Shown: positions 48,038 to 56,735 of the stretch, in pieces
How positions within the stretch are numbered: the first letter of the stretch is position 1
Layout of the letters: each line of letters opens with the position of its first letter
Made by a program: the position numbers and the translations under genes
Source of the DNA: Tagaea sp.
GTDB lineage: Bacteria; Pseudomonadota; Alphaproteobacteria; CACIAM-22H2
Length of the DNA stretch: 64,000 bases
NCBI GenBank assembly: GCA_965279525.1
Contig: CBDIIB010000002.1
Coordinates: 384,001-448,000, forward strand
Reading direction: 5' to 3'
The notes under the pieces: model-generated
Databases searched by the model: none
Seen by the model: only the letters and a program-made list of their open reading frames with translations
What the model was told of the DNA's origin: nothing

Positions 48038-50722
48038 ATGGATGATCTGCTGCGCGACTTCCTGACCGAGACGAACGAAAATCTCGGCGTCCTCGATACG
48101 GAAATCGTCAAGCTCGAGCAGAACCCGAACGATCCGGGCCTGGTCGGCAGCATCTTCCGGATCATGCACACCATCAAGGGCACGTGCGGGTTCCTCGGCC
48201 TGCCGCGTCTCGAGAAAGTCGCCCATGCCGGCGAGAACCTTCTCGACAAGATCCGCGACGGCAAGCTCATCCCCAACGAACAGGCCGTCACCCTCATTCT
48301 CGAAGCGCTCGACCGGATCAAGAGCCTGCTGTCGGTCCTCGAACAGACCGAAGCCGAGCCCGAAGGCGACGATGCCGACCTGATCAAGCGCCTCAACGAT
48401 TATGCGAACGGCACGACGCCGGCCGACGGCCCGCCGGCCGTCGCGGTGCCGCTCCAGGCCCTTGCCCCCACACCCTCCGCCGAACCCGAGCCCGACGAGC
48501 ACGGCTTCGTGCCGGTTCCCGCCCACAGGACCGCCGCCAACGCAGATGCGCTTGCCGCGCAGAAGGCCCCGGAACCCGCGCCCGTTCCCGCACCCGCCGC
48601 CGCGGCACCGGCCCCGGCAAAGGCGGTCGCCAAGGCAGAGCCGCGCGGCGACGTGGTCGAATCGGCCGTCGCCGCCTCGTCGATCCGCGTCAATGTCGAC
48701 GTGCTCGAAAACCTGATGACGATGGTCTCCGAGCTCGTGCTTACCCGCAACCAGCTCCTGCAGATCCTGCGTTCGCAGAAGGACAGCGAGTTCTCCGGCC
48801 CGCTCCAGCGCCTCAATCACGTCACGTCCGAGCTGCAGGAAGGCGTCATGAAGACGCGCATGCAGCCGATCGGCAACGCCTGGTCCAAGCTGCCGCGCCT
48901 GATCCGCGATCTCAGCCACGAACTGGGCAAGAAGATCGACCTGCTGATGCACGGCCAGGATACCGAGCTCGACCGGCAGGTGCTCGAACTCATCAAGGAT
49001 CCGCTCACCCATCTCGTGCGCAACTGCGCCGACCACGGGCTCGAACGCCCCGAGGAACGCCGTGCGGCAGGCAAGCCGGAAACGGGCCGGGTCAACCTCA
49101 ACGCCTTCCACGAAGGCGGTCACATCATCATCGAGATCACGGACGACGGCCGCGGTCTCAACATCGACAAGATCAAGCAGAAGGCGATCCAGAACGGCGT
49201 GTGCAGCGAAGCGGAAGCCGCATCGCTCACCGACCAGCAGATCGCCCAGTTCATCTTCAAGGCCGGATTCTCCACCGCCGCCGTCGTCACCTCGGTCTCG
49301 GGGCGCGGCGTGGGCATGGATGTCGTGCGCACGAACATCGAGAAGATCGGCGGCACGGTCGAGCTCAAGTTCCAGCGCGGCAAGGGGACGAGCTTCGTCA
49401 TCAAGATCCCGCTGACGCTCGCGATCGTCTCGGCTCTCGTGGTCGAATGCTCGGGCGAACGCTTCGCCATCCCCCAGATCAGCGTGCTCGAACTCGTGCG
49501 CGCCACGGCGGGTTCTGAAACCACGATCGAGCGCGTCAACGACTCGCCGTTCCTGCGCCTGCGCAACCGCCTGCTGCCCCTCGTCAGCCTGCACGACATG
49601 CTGAAGCTGGGCGAGGATCGCGGCATCGACGCTTCGGAAAGCTTCATCGTCGTCACCCAGGTCGGCACCTACACGTTCGGCATCATGGTCGACCGCGTGT
49701 TCGACACCGAGGAAATCGTCGTCAAGCCGGTCGCCCCCATCCTGCGCGACATCTCGATGTTCTCGGGCAACACGATCCTGGGCGACGGCTCGGTCATCAT
49801 GATCCTCGATCCCAACGGGATCGCCGCCGCCTCGGGCGAATCGGCCAACATGGGCGAGCAGGCCGCCGCGGCCCAGTCCGACGAACGCGCGAAGACCGAG
49901 GGGCAGCGTATCGCCCTGCTGGTCTTCCGTGCCGGCGGCCAGGCGCCGAAGGCCGTGCCGCTGTCGCTCATCGCGCGTCTCGAAGAGACCGATGCGACGA
50001 CGATCGAGTTCTCGGATGGAAAGCCGGTCCTTCAGTACCGCGGCAAGCTGATGCCGCTGGTGACGATCGATCCGTCCTACGCGATCCGCAGCGAGGGCCG
50101 GCAGTCGATCCTCGTCTTCGCCGACCGCAACCGGAACATGGGCCTGATGGTCGACGAGATCGTCGACATCGTCGAGGAGCGCCTCGAGGTCGAGATGAAC
50201 AACGTCCGCCCGGGCATGGTCGGCTCGGCCATCATTTCGGGCAAGGCGACCGACGTCATCGACACCGCGCACTACCTGTCGCTCGCCTTCGGCGACTGGT
50301 TCGGCAAGTCGGACTCGCCCTTCGGGCAAACCCAGGTGCGCCGCCTGCTCCTCGTCGACGACAGCCCGTTCTTCCGCAACCTGCTGCAGCCGATCCTGTC
50401 GGTCGCCGGCTACGAGGTGACCACCGCCGACACGGGCACCCAGGCGCTGGCGATGTGCGAGGCCGGCCGGGAGTTCGACATCGTCGTCTCGGATATCGAG
50501 ATGCCGGGCATGAGCGGCTTCGAGTTCGCCGAGGCGCTGCGCAAGACCGAGCGCTTCCGCGAGACGCCGATCCTGGCACTGTCCTCGCACACCCATCCGC
50601 AGGACATCGAGCGCGCGCGCCGCGTGGGCTTCACCGACTTCATCCCGAAGCTCGACCGCGAGGGCCTGCTGGCTTCGCTGAACGAGCTGAGCGCCAACAA
50701 CCGCGTCGCCGCGGCCCAGTAG
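48038..50722 (+). CDS. cheA: hybrid chemotaxis histidine kinase (Hpt-dimer-HATPase-CheW-CheW-REC)
   Basis: FRIMHTIKG, Pro/Ala linker, HLVRNCADHG, DDGRG, SGRGVGMDVV, C-terminal VDDS...SDIEMP...PK. Confidence 0.95.
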   Translation: MDDLLRDFLTETNENLGVLDTEIVKLEQNPNDPGLVGSIFRIMHTIKGTCGFLGLPRLEKVAHAGENLLDKIRDGKLIPNEQAVTLILEALDRIKSLLSVLEQTEAEPEGDDADLIKRLNDYANGTTPADGPPAVAVPLQALAPTPSAEPEPDEHGFVPVPAHRTAANADALAAQKAPEPAPVPAPAAAAPAPAKAVAKAEPRGDVVESAVAASSIRVNVDVLENLMTMVSELVLTRNQLLQILRSQKDSEFSGPLQRLNHVTSELQEGVMKTRMQPIGNAWSKLPRLIRDLSHELGKKIDLLMHGQDTELDRQVLELIKDPLTHLVRNCADHGLERPEERRAAGKPETGRVNLNAFHEGGHIIIEITDDGRGLNIDKIKQKAIQNGVCSEAEAASLTDQQIAQFIFKAGFSTAAVVTSVSGRGVGMDVVRTNIEKIGGTVELKFQRGKGTSFVIKIPLTLAIVSALVVECSGERFAIPQISVLELVRATAGSETTIERVNDSPFLRLRNRLLPLVSLHDMLKLGEDRGIDASESFIVVTQVGTYTFGIMVDRVFDTEEIVVKPVAPILRDISMFSGNTILGDGSVIMILDPNGIAAASGESANMGEQAAAAQSDERAKTEGQRIALLVFRAGGQAPKAVPLSLIARLEETDATTIEFSDGKPVLQYRGKLMPLVTIDPSYAIRSEGRQSILVFADRNRNMGLMVDEIVDIVEERLEVEMNNVRPGMVGSAIISGKATDVIDTAHYLSLAFGDWFGKSDSPFGQTQVRRLLLVDDSPFFRNLLQPILSVAGYEVTTADTGTQALAMCEAGREFDIVVSDIEMPGMSGFEFAEALRKTERFRETPILALSSHTHPQDIERARRVGFTDFIPKLDREGLLASLNELSANNRVAAAQ

Positions 50723-50748
50723 GCGCCGGGAAACAGGAGAGACATCAG

Positions 50749-51252
50749 ATGAGCAATTCCCTCGTTTCCGCCGACCGTTCGAACGCCGTGAAGGCCGTCG
50801 GGGCCGACGTCGCCAACGACTTCGTCACGATGATGGTCGCCGACCAGCTCTTCGGCATCCCGGTCCTGACCGTCCAGGACGTGCTTGGGCCCCAGCGCGT
50901 CACCCGCGTGCCCCTGTCGCCGCCGGAAGTCGCCGGCGCCCTCAACCTGCGCGGCCGTATCGTCACCGCGTTCGACGTGCGCCGCCGTCTGGGGCTCCCC
51001 AAGCGCGAGAGCGACAAGCCGGGCATGAACGTGGTCGTCGACTTCAAGGGCGAGCTTTACGCGCTGATGGTCGACAATGTCGGCGAAGTTCTGGCGCTGT
51101 CGGCCGACACCTACGAGCGCAACCCCAATACCCTCGACCCGCGTTGGCGCGAGGTTTCGGGTGGCATCTACCGCCTCAAGGGCAAGCTTCTGGTGCTGCT
51201 CGAGGTGAGCCGCCTGCTGGCCATCAAGCGTGGCGGCGCCGAGGCCGCCTAG
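50749..51252 (+). CDS. cheW: chemotaxis adaptor CheW
   Basis: CAGGAG SD; FGIPVLTVQDVL, GALNLRGRIV, LMVDNVGEV. Confidence 0.95.
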   Translation: MSNSLVSADRSNAVKAVGADVANDFVTMMVADQLFGIPVLTVQDVLGPQRVTRVPLSPPEVAGALNLRGRIVTAFDVRRRLGLPKRESDKPGMNVVVDFKGELYALMVDNVGEVLALSADTYERNPNTLDPRWREVSGGIYRLKGKLLVLLEVSRLLAIKRGGAEAA

Positions 51253-51287
51253 GCTTCCCTTGGCTTGAACCCAGCCGGACGCTAAAC

Positions 51288-51315
51288 TTTCCTCTTCGCG
51301 CTTGCGAAGGGGGAA
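51288..51315 (+). promoter_or_regulatory. hairpin covering the SD of the PAS gene
   Basis: TTTCCTCTTCGC-gctt-GCGAAGGGGGAA, 12 bp with two G-U pairs, ending 3 nt before ATG 51319. Confidence 0.45.
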
Positions 51316-51318
51316 TGT

Positions 51319-51993
51319 ATGGCGGCGTCCGGCGACTTCGAGACATCGGGATGCGTGGCCGTCCTGCGGCTCGCCGGAAGAGATCCCGCCGCTGCCCGCG
51401 TCGTCTGGGCCTCCCCACAGTTTTTCGCCAATTTCGAACATGCCGGCGTCGGTGCTACGGCCTTTCCGGAAGGTCTGCCGGCGGCACTCGCCGGCACATT
51501 CGGCACCCTTGTCGACGGTCGCGACACGGTCGTCGCGTGCGAGGGCACGATCCTGTGCGGCCATCGCATCGAAGGCCGGATGGGCATCGCGGCGCTCGGC
51601 GGCGGCCTGTTCCTCGTCTCGATCCCGCTCGCCGCAGAAGACGACTCGGAAACCGACGATGGCCGGCTCGCCGAAATCCTCGATGCGATGCCGGTCGCCG
51701 TCGTGCTTGTCGGTACGGTCGACGGCAACATCCTGTGGATGAACGACGCGTTCCGCGAACTGCTCGGCGGCAGCGAATTCGACCTGATGGGCACGTCGCT
51801 TGCGGGGCACTTCGCGCTGCCCGGCGCCTTCAAGACCCTGATGGGTGCCACCGGTCCGGTCACGCCATCCTCGCCGGTGCCGACGGCGCTGAAGACCCTG
51901 TCGGGCGTCATGACGCCGGTCATCGCCAATGCCAAACGCGTGGCCTTCCGCGGCCAGAACGCGGCGATGGTCTCGCTGACGCGCGGACTCTAG
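51319..51993 (+). CDS. stand-alone PAS-domain protein
   Basis: LAEILDAMPVAVVLV..DGNILWMNDAFRELLG...LMG; no recognisable output domain. Confidence 0.7.
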   Translation: MAASGDFETSGCVAVLRLAGRDPAAARVVWASPQFFANFEHAGVGATAFPEGLPAALAGTFGTLVDGRDTVVACEGTILCGHRIEGRMGIAALGGGLFLVSIPLAAEDDSETDDGRLAEILDAMPVAVVLVGTVDGNILWMNDAFRELLGGSEFDLMGTSLAGHFALPGAFKTLMGATGPVTPSSPVPTALKTLSGVMTPVIANAKRVAFRGQNAAMVSLTRGL

Positions 51994-52014
51994 ACGCGGA
52001 CCGGATGAGGACGA

Positions 52015-53133
52015 TCAGATCCCGCGCTTGCGCGCGGCGGCTTCCAGCTCGTCGATCAGCTGCATGCCGGGGACGATCTCGGAGCGAACGAACTCGAGCC
52101 GCTTGTTGGGGCCGCCACTCGCCGTCGGGAAACGGTCGCGCCACAGCTGCATCTTGACCGACAGGCCGCACAGCACGCCGCCGATCGAGCGGTGGTTGGA
52201 GAACACCAGGTCCTTCATCTTCGCGAAGCTGTCGGCGTTGATGTCCTTCCAGAAGTCGGCGCTCTTGCGGTTGAACGCCTCGAAGCGGCCGGTCAGCGAG
52301 ATGATGACGCCCGACAGCGACTCCTTGACCTTGTCCAGCATCTGCTTGGACATCCGGTCCTGCTTGATCATCTGGTTTTCCTCGAGCGGCTTCAGCCAGT
52401 CGAGGAACCCCTGGACCTGCGGGACGACGAGGTCGAGGCACGAACGGAAATAGGCGAGCGAAAGGAACGTGTCGCCATAGTCCTCGAGGAAGCGCGGGAT
52501 CTCGGTCAGCGGCACGTTGAGCTTCTGCGACATCATGCGCAGGTTCTTGAGCGCGTCCTCGCGGTTGGGCGAGGCGATCAGCTTCATGATGTCGGAGACG
52601 TCGTTCACCACGAAATCGGCCGATCCGTAGATCTGCTGGATCAGCGGATGGGTGAACACCTTCATGTGTTCGGTCAGTTCCTTGCGCTTGCCTTCGGAGA
52701 GCTGCAGCTCCTTCTTCATGTCGATGCTGAGATTGAGTGCCCGAAGCGCCACCCGCAGCGTATAGACGTCGAACGAAGGGATGCTGCTCAGGCTCTGCAG
52801 CAGCGGCATGTCCTTGCGCAGCGGTTCGGCGTAGCTCTGGAAGACGCTGTGCAGCGCATCGAGCGGAACCTGGGCGGACTTGTGGCCCTGGTCCTTGTAG
52901 AGCTCGACGACGGAATCCAGACGGACGTTCTTGATCAGGCGCAGCCGGCGCAGGCCCGGTGTCTCGAGCGGGATGATGCGCAGCGGCAATATATGCAGCG
53001 CGTCCTGCCCCTCGGCATCGTACTCCTCGACATTCGCATCGCCGGCAGCTGGCGGCGGAACCGCTTCCGCGCCTGGATTGGGCACAGCGTGCGGGTCCGC
53101 GGCAGGTACGGCAGGCGTATCCGTATTTTCCAT
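52015..53133 (-). CDS. hypothetical protein (372 aa, mostly helical, cytoplasmic)
   Basis: AGGA SD; G/C-ending codons; protein-like composition; no recognisable motif. Confidence 0.8.
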   Translation of the reverse strand: MENTDTPAVPAADPHAVPNPGAEAVPPPAAGDANVEEYDAEGQDALHILPLRIIPLETPGLRRLRLIKNVRLDSVVELYKDQGHKSAQVPLDALHSVFQSYAEPLRKDMPLLQSLSSIPSFDVYTLRVALRALNLSIDMKKELQLSEGKRKELTEHMKVFTHPLIQQIYGSADFVVNDVSDIMKLIASPNREDALKNLRMMSQKLNVPLTEIPRFLEDYGDTFLSLAYFRSCLDLVVPQVQGFLDWLKPLEENQMIKQDRMSKQMLDKVKESLSGVIISLTGRFEAFNRKSADFWKDINADSFAKMKDLVFSNHRSIGGVLCGLSVKMQLWRDRFPTASGGPNKRLEFVRSEIVPGMQLIDELEAAARKRGI

Positions 53134-53176
53134 GGCGTCCTATTTACGACGCTCCGGCCGGATTGGCCAGTACGGA

Positions 53177-54097
53177 TCAGTCAAATAGCTTGTCAATATC
53201 GGCTTGCGACGCGGTTACGCCGCTCGTTGCGGCGGCCGGCACCGGGACCGGTGCCGCTTTCGGGGCCGGCGGCGGAACGACGGTGGCCTTGATCGGCGCA
53301 GGTGCTACATCTGCAGTCTCCGGCGGCACTGCCGGTTGTACCGGGGGCTTGGGCGCGGCCGGTACGGCCGATGCCGCGGCACCTGCCAGGAGGGCGTCGA
53401 TCTCGTCCTGTGTCCGGCCCTGGCCGGGCATCGAGGGGCCGTTCAGCAGATGGGCGTCCATGCGCTGGTCGGCCTGCTCGTCGGCCCGCGACTGCGCGAT
53501 GTTGATGTTCTCCGGACCCCAGATGTTGACCATCGCCGCCACGCGCTGGTCGATGTAGCGCAAGGTGCTTACGACCTTCGATATACGCTGTCCGGTGATG
53601 TCCTGGAACGAGCAGGCCGTAAAAATTTCCGTCGCCTGGTCGGTGAGGATCTGGCCGGCTTCGCCCTGTTCGCCGGACAAAGTCCCGGCAATTTCCATGA
53701 TGCGCTCGGCGGCGTTGAGGATGTCGGAGGTGGCCTGCTCGGTCGACGCGACGATCTGGTCGAGTTCGCTGGTCGCCGAGTGGATGCGGTTGCCGGCCTG
53801 CTGGACCTTGGGATCCTTGTTGTAGATCGAGGCGATCTCGGTCTTCGCGGTCTGGATATGCGACGCCATGCTCTGCAGTTCGGCGCGCAGCACGTCGAGG
53901 CTCTGCGTCTCCTTTGCCGCACCGATCTGCTTGAGCGTCCATTCGCGGAAGGAGGCGGCGATGCGCCGGGCCTCGTCGATCGAGACCACGCGCTGGCGCT
54001 CGTCGCGCATGCGCAGGAAAGCCCGGCCGCGCGCACTGTTCAAAAGAGCGTCTTCGATCGCGAAATAGTCGTCGTCCGATAGATCCAGCTTGGCCAT
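53177..54097 (-). CDS. cheZ: alphaproteobacterial CheZ-type phosphatase
   Basis: ELDQIVASTEQATSDILNAAE, catalytic CSFQDITGQRISKVV (DxxxQ), LLNGP, C-terminal SQADIDKLFD. Confidence 0.88.
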   Translation of the reverse strand: MAKLDLSDDDYFAIEDALLNSARGRAFLRMRDERQRVVSIDEARRIAASFREWTLKQIGAAKETQSLDVLRAELQSMASHIQTAKTEIASIYNKDPKVQQAGNRIHSATSELDQIVASTEQATSDILNAAERIMEIAGTLSGEQGEAGQILTDQATEIFTACSFQDITGQRISKVVSTLRYIDQRVAAMVNIWGPENINIAQSRADEQADQRMDAHLLNGPSMPGQGRTQDEIDALLAGAAASAVPAAPKPPVQPAVPPETADVAPAPIKATVVPPPAPKAAPVPVPAAATSGVTASQADIDKLFD

Positions 54098-54147
54098 TTT
54101 CCGTCAATTCCTGCGTTCGTCTGGCCGCGAAATTACCGCGGAAACCG

Positions 54148-54162
54148 CTAACGCAGGGTTAA
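54148..54162. promoter_or_regulatory. CtrA-like box upstream of cheZ
   Basis: Minus strand TTAA-CCCTGCG-TTAG (one mismatch). Confidence 0.5.
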
Positions 54163-54172
54163 GGCTCGGCCG

Positions 54173-55321
54173 TCAATCCAGGGTGCCGGCGACCGCCCGG
54201 CGGAAGACCCGCTCCAGCGCCGGCGCGTCGACCGGGCAGGGATTGCCGCCGGCCGAGGGGTCGCGGGCGGCCATCGTGCCGATCTCGACCGCGCGCGCGG
54301 CATCGACGCCGATTTCCGCCAGCGTATGCGGGATCTTGAGCGCCTTGCGGAACGCGAGGACCCACTCGAATACCGCCGCATAGTCGGCCCGCGGCAGGTC
54401 GAGAACCCGCGCCACAAGGCCCATCCGCCCTTCGATCGCCTTGCGATTGTGCTGCATCACGAACGGCAGGAGCACGGCGTTCGTAAGCCCGTGGTGGGTG
54501 TCGTAGAGCGCCCCGATCGGATGGGCGAGCGCGTGCACGCCGCCCAGACCCTTCTGGAAGGCGACGGCCCCCATGCTTGCGGCGGCCAGCATGCGCGCGC
54601 GCGCTTCGATGTTTGTGCCGTCCGCGACGGCGCGCGGCAGCTCGTCCTTGACCAGCCGCATGCCTTCGAGCGCGATGCCCTCGGCCATCGGATGGAATCC
54701 GGGCGCGCAATAGGCCTCGAAGCAGTGCACGAACGCGTCGATCCCGGTGGCTGCGGTGATGTGCGCCGGCAGGCCGACGGAAAGCTCGGGATCGGAAATG
54801 ACGATGCCGGGCATCATCTTCGGATGGAAGATGATCTTCTTCTCGTGGTCGGCCTCGTTGGTGATGACCGAGGCGCGGCCGACTTCCGAGCCGGTGCCGG
54901 CCGTGGTCGGGATGGCGACCACGGGAAGCATGCCGTCGGGATCGACGCGCTTGAAATTGTCGCCGACATCCTCGAAGTCCCACAGCGGGAGCTTCTGGCC
55001 CGCCATCAGCGCGATGGCCTTTGCGGCATCCAGCGCCGAGCCGCCGCCGAACGCGATCACACCGTCATGCTTGCCGGCGCGCAAGGCCGCCAGCCCGTCT
55101 TCGACGTTCCGGCCGGTGGGGTTGCCCTTGACCTTGGCGAACAGGGCGGCACCGGAAAGCTTCAGCGCGCGCACGACCATCGGCGAGGCCGCGAGGCCCG
55201 CGTCGGTGACCAGCAGCGGACGCGACATGCCCAGCCGCTTGCACGCGGCGGCGAGTTCGTCGAGGCGGCCGGGACCGGCCCAGACGGTGGTCGGATAGTT
55301 CCAGTTGCCCTTGATCGTCAT
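54173..55321 (-). CDS. iron-containing alcohol dehydrogenase
   Basis: NWNYPT, GGGSALDAAK, PTTAGTGSE, DAFVH, HALAH, HHG. Confidence 0.93.
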   Translation of the reverse strand: MTIKGNWNYPTTVWAGPGRLDELAAACKRLGMSRPLLVTDAGLAASPMVVRALKLSGAALFAKVKGNPTGRNVEDGLAALRAGKHDGVIAFGGGSALDAAKAIALMAGQKLPLWDFEDVGDNFKRVDPDGMLPVVAIPTTAGTGSEVGRASVITNEADHEKKIIFHPKMMPGIVISDPELSVGLPAHITAATGIDAFVHCFEAYCAPGFHPMAEGIALEGMRLVKDELPRAVADGTNIEARARMLAAASMGAVAFQKGLGGVHALAHPIGALYDTHHGLTNAVLLPFVMQHNRKAIEGRMGLVARVLDLPRADYAAVFEWVLAFRKALKIPHTLAEIGVDAARAVEIGTMAARDPSAGGNPCPVDAPALERVFRRAVAGTLD

Positions 55322-55335
55322 GGTCGAAGCGTTCC

Positions 55336-56724
55336 CTAAAGCGTCGTGCGCAGGTGGAAGGATTTCGGGCGCGTCAGCTGCTCGTAGCCCAGCGCCGACA
55401 GCGTGGCGCCCCGGCCGGTGTCCTTGACGCCCGTCCAGGCGAGACCCGGATCGAGATAGTCGCAGCGGTTCATGAACACGGTGCCGGTCTCGATGAGGGC
55501 CCCCAGCTTCTCGGCGGCGGCGGCGTCCATCGTCCAGAGGGCCGCCGTCAGGCCGTAGGCGCTGTCGTTCATCAGCGCCACCGCCTCGTCGTCGGACGAG
55601 ACCTTCATGATGCCGATGACGGGACCGAAGCTTTCTTCGGTCATCACGCGCATCTTGTGGGTGACGTCGACCAGCACGTGCGGGGCGAGGTAGGGGCTGC
55701 CCGCCTTGTCGGCCGGAAAGTGCTTCGGGTCGACGAGTGAACGCGCACCTTGGCCGACCGCTTCCGCGATCTGGCCGCGCACGAAATCCGCCGCACTCGC
55801 GCGCACCATCGGCCCCAGATTCGTCGCCTTGTCGGTCGGATTGCCGAGCTTGTAGCCCTTCGTCAGTTCGACGAAACCGTCGACGAACGCCGGATAGAGG
55901 CTTTCGTGCACGTAGATGCGTTCGATGCCGCAGCAGGACTGGCCGGAATTGAAGAAGGCCCCGTCGACGAGGTTCTCGACCGCGTGCGCGAGATTGGCGT
56001 CGGCGCGCACATAGGCCGGATCCTTGCCGCCCAGCTCGAGGCCGGCGCCGATGAAGCGTTCGCCGATCGCGCGCTGGATCGCCCTGCCGCCGTCGACCGA
56101 GCCGGTGAAGCAGACGAAGTCGACCCGGGCATCGCCCACGATACGTGCGGCATCCGCGTGGTCGGTGTGCAGGATCTGGAACACGCCGGCGGGCAGGCCG
56201 GCCATCTTGGCGGCCTCGGCATAGCGCTCGGCGACCAGCGGCGTCTGGTGCGAATGCTTGAGCAGCACGACATTGCCGGCGGCCAGGGCCGGGATCACCG
56301 CGTTGACCGAGGTGAGATAGGGGTAGTTCCACGGAGCCACGACGAAAACGAAGCCCAGCGGATCGCGCCGCACGAAGCGCGTGAAGCCCGGCTTGGCGGC
56401 AGGTGCGATGTCGCCGAGCGCTTCGGGCGCGATCGCCAGCATGTGGCGGGCACGCTCCTCGAAGCCGCGCATTTCGCCCGGCGTCTGGGAGATCGGCCGA
56501 CCCATCTGCCAGGTCAGCTCCTCGGCGATGGCATCGCGATGGACGAGCATCGCGTCGACGAACCGGGTGAGAGTGGCGACGCGCTCGGAGAGATTCGTGC
56601 GCCGCCAGCCGTCCTTGGCCTTCTGGGCGGCAGCCAGTGTCGCCTCGATCTGCGCGGCGTTCGCCAGCGGGCGCGTGCAGTATTCGCGGCCGTCGACCGG
56701 GCTGATCGTCTTCAGCGTCTTCAT
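55336..56724 (-). CDS. aldehyde dehydrogenase
   Basis: PWNYP, FTGS, LELGGKDP, NSGQSCC, EESFGP; GAGG SD. Confidence 0.94.
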   Translation of the reverse strand: MKTLKTISPVDGREYCTRPLANAAQIEATLAAAQKAKDGWRRTNLSERVATLTRFVDAMLVHRDAIAEELTWQMGRPISQTPGEMRGFEERARHMLAIAPEALGDIAPAAKPGFTRFVRRDPLGFVFVVAPWNYPYLTSVNAVIPALAAGNVVLLKHSHQTPLVAERYAEAAKMAGLPAGVFQILHTDHADAARIVGDARVDFVCFTGSVDGGRAIQRAIGERFIGAGLELGGKDPAYVRADANLAHAVENLVDGAFFNSGQSCCGIERIYVHESLYPAFVDGFVELTKGYKLGNPTDKATNLGPMVRASAADFVRGQIAEAVGQGARSLVDPKHFPADKAGSPYLAPHVLVDVTHKMRVMTEESFGPVIGIMKVSSDDEAVALMNDSAYGLTAALWTMDAAAAEKLGALIETGTVFMNRCDYLDPGLAWTGVKDTGRGATLSALGYEQLTRPKSFHLRTTL

Positions 56725-56735
56725 CGCGGTATTCC

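Noticed and set aside
48540-48640. Repetitive GCACCG/CCCGCG runs in cheA (and the cheZ tail)
   Set aside because: They encode ordinary Pro/Ala linkers, not a DNA repeat element
42134-50596. Very long antisense ORFs (42134..45040 +, 47645..50596 -, and similar ones across the window)
   Set aside because: Shadow frames of real genes in high-GC DNA; Arg/Gly/Ala-rich, no motifs, no SD
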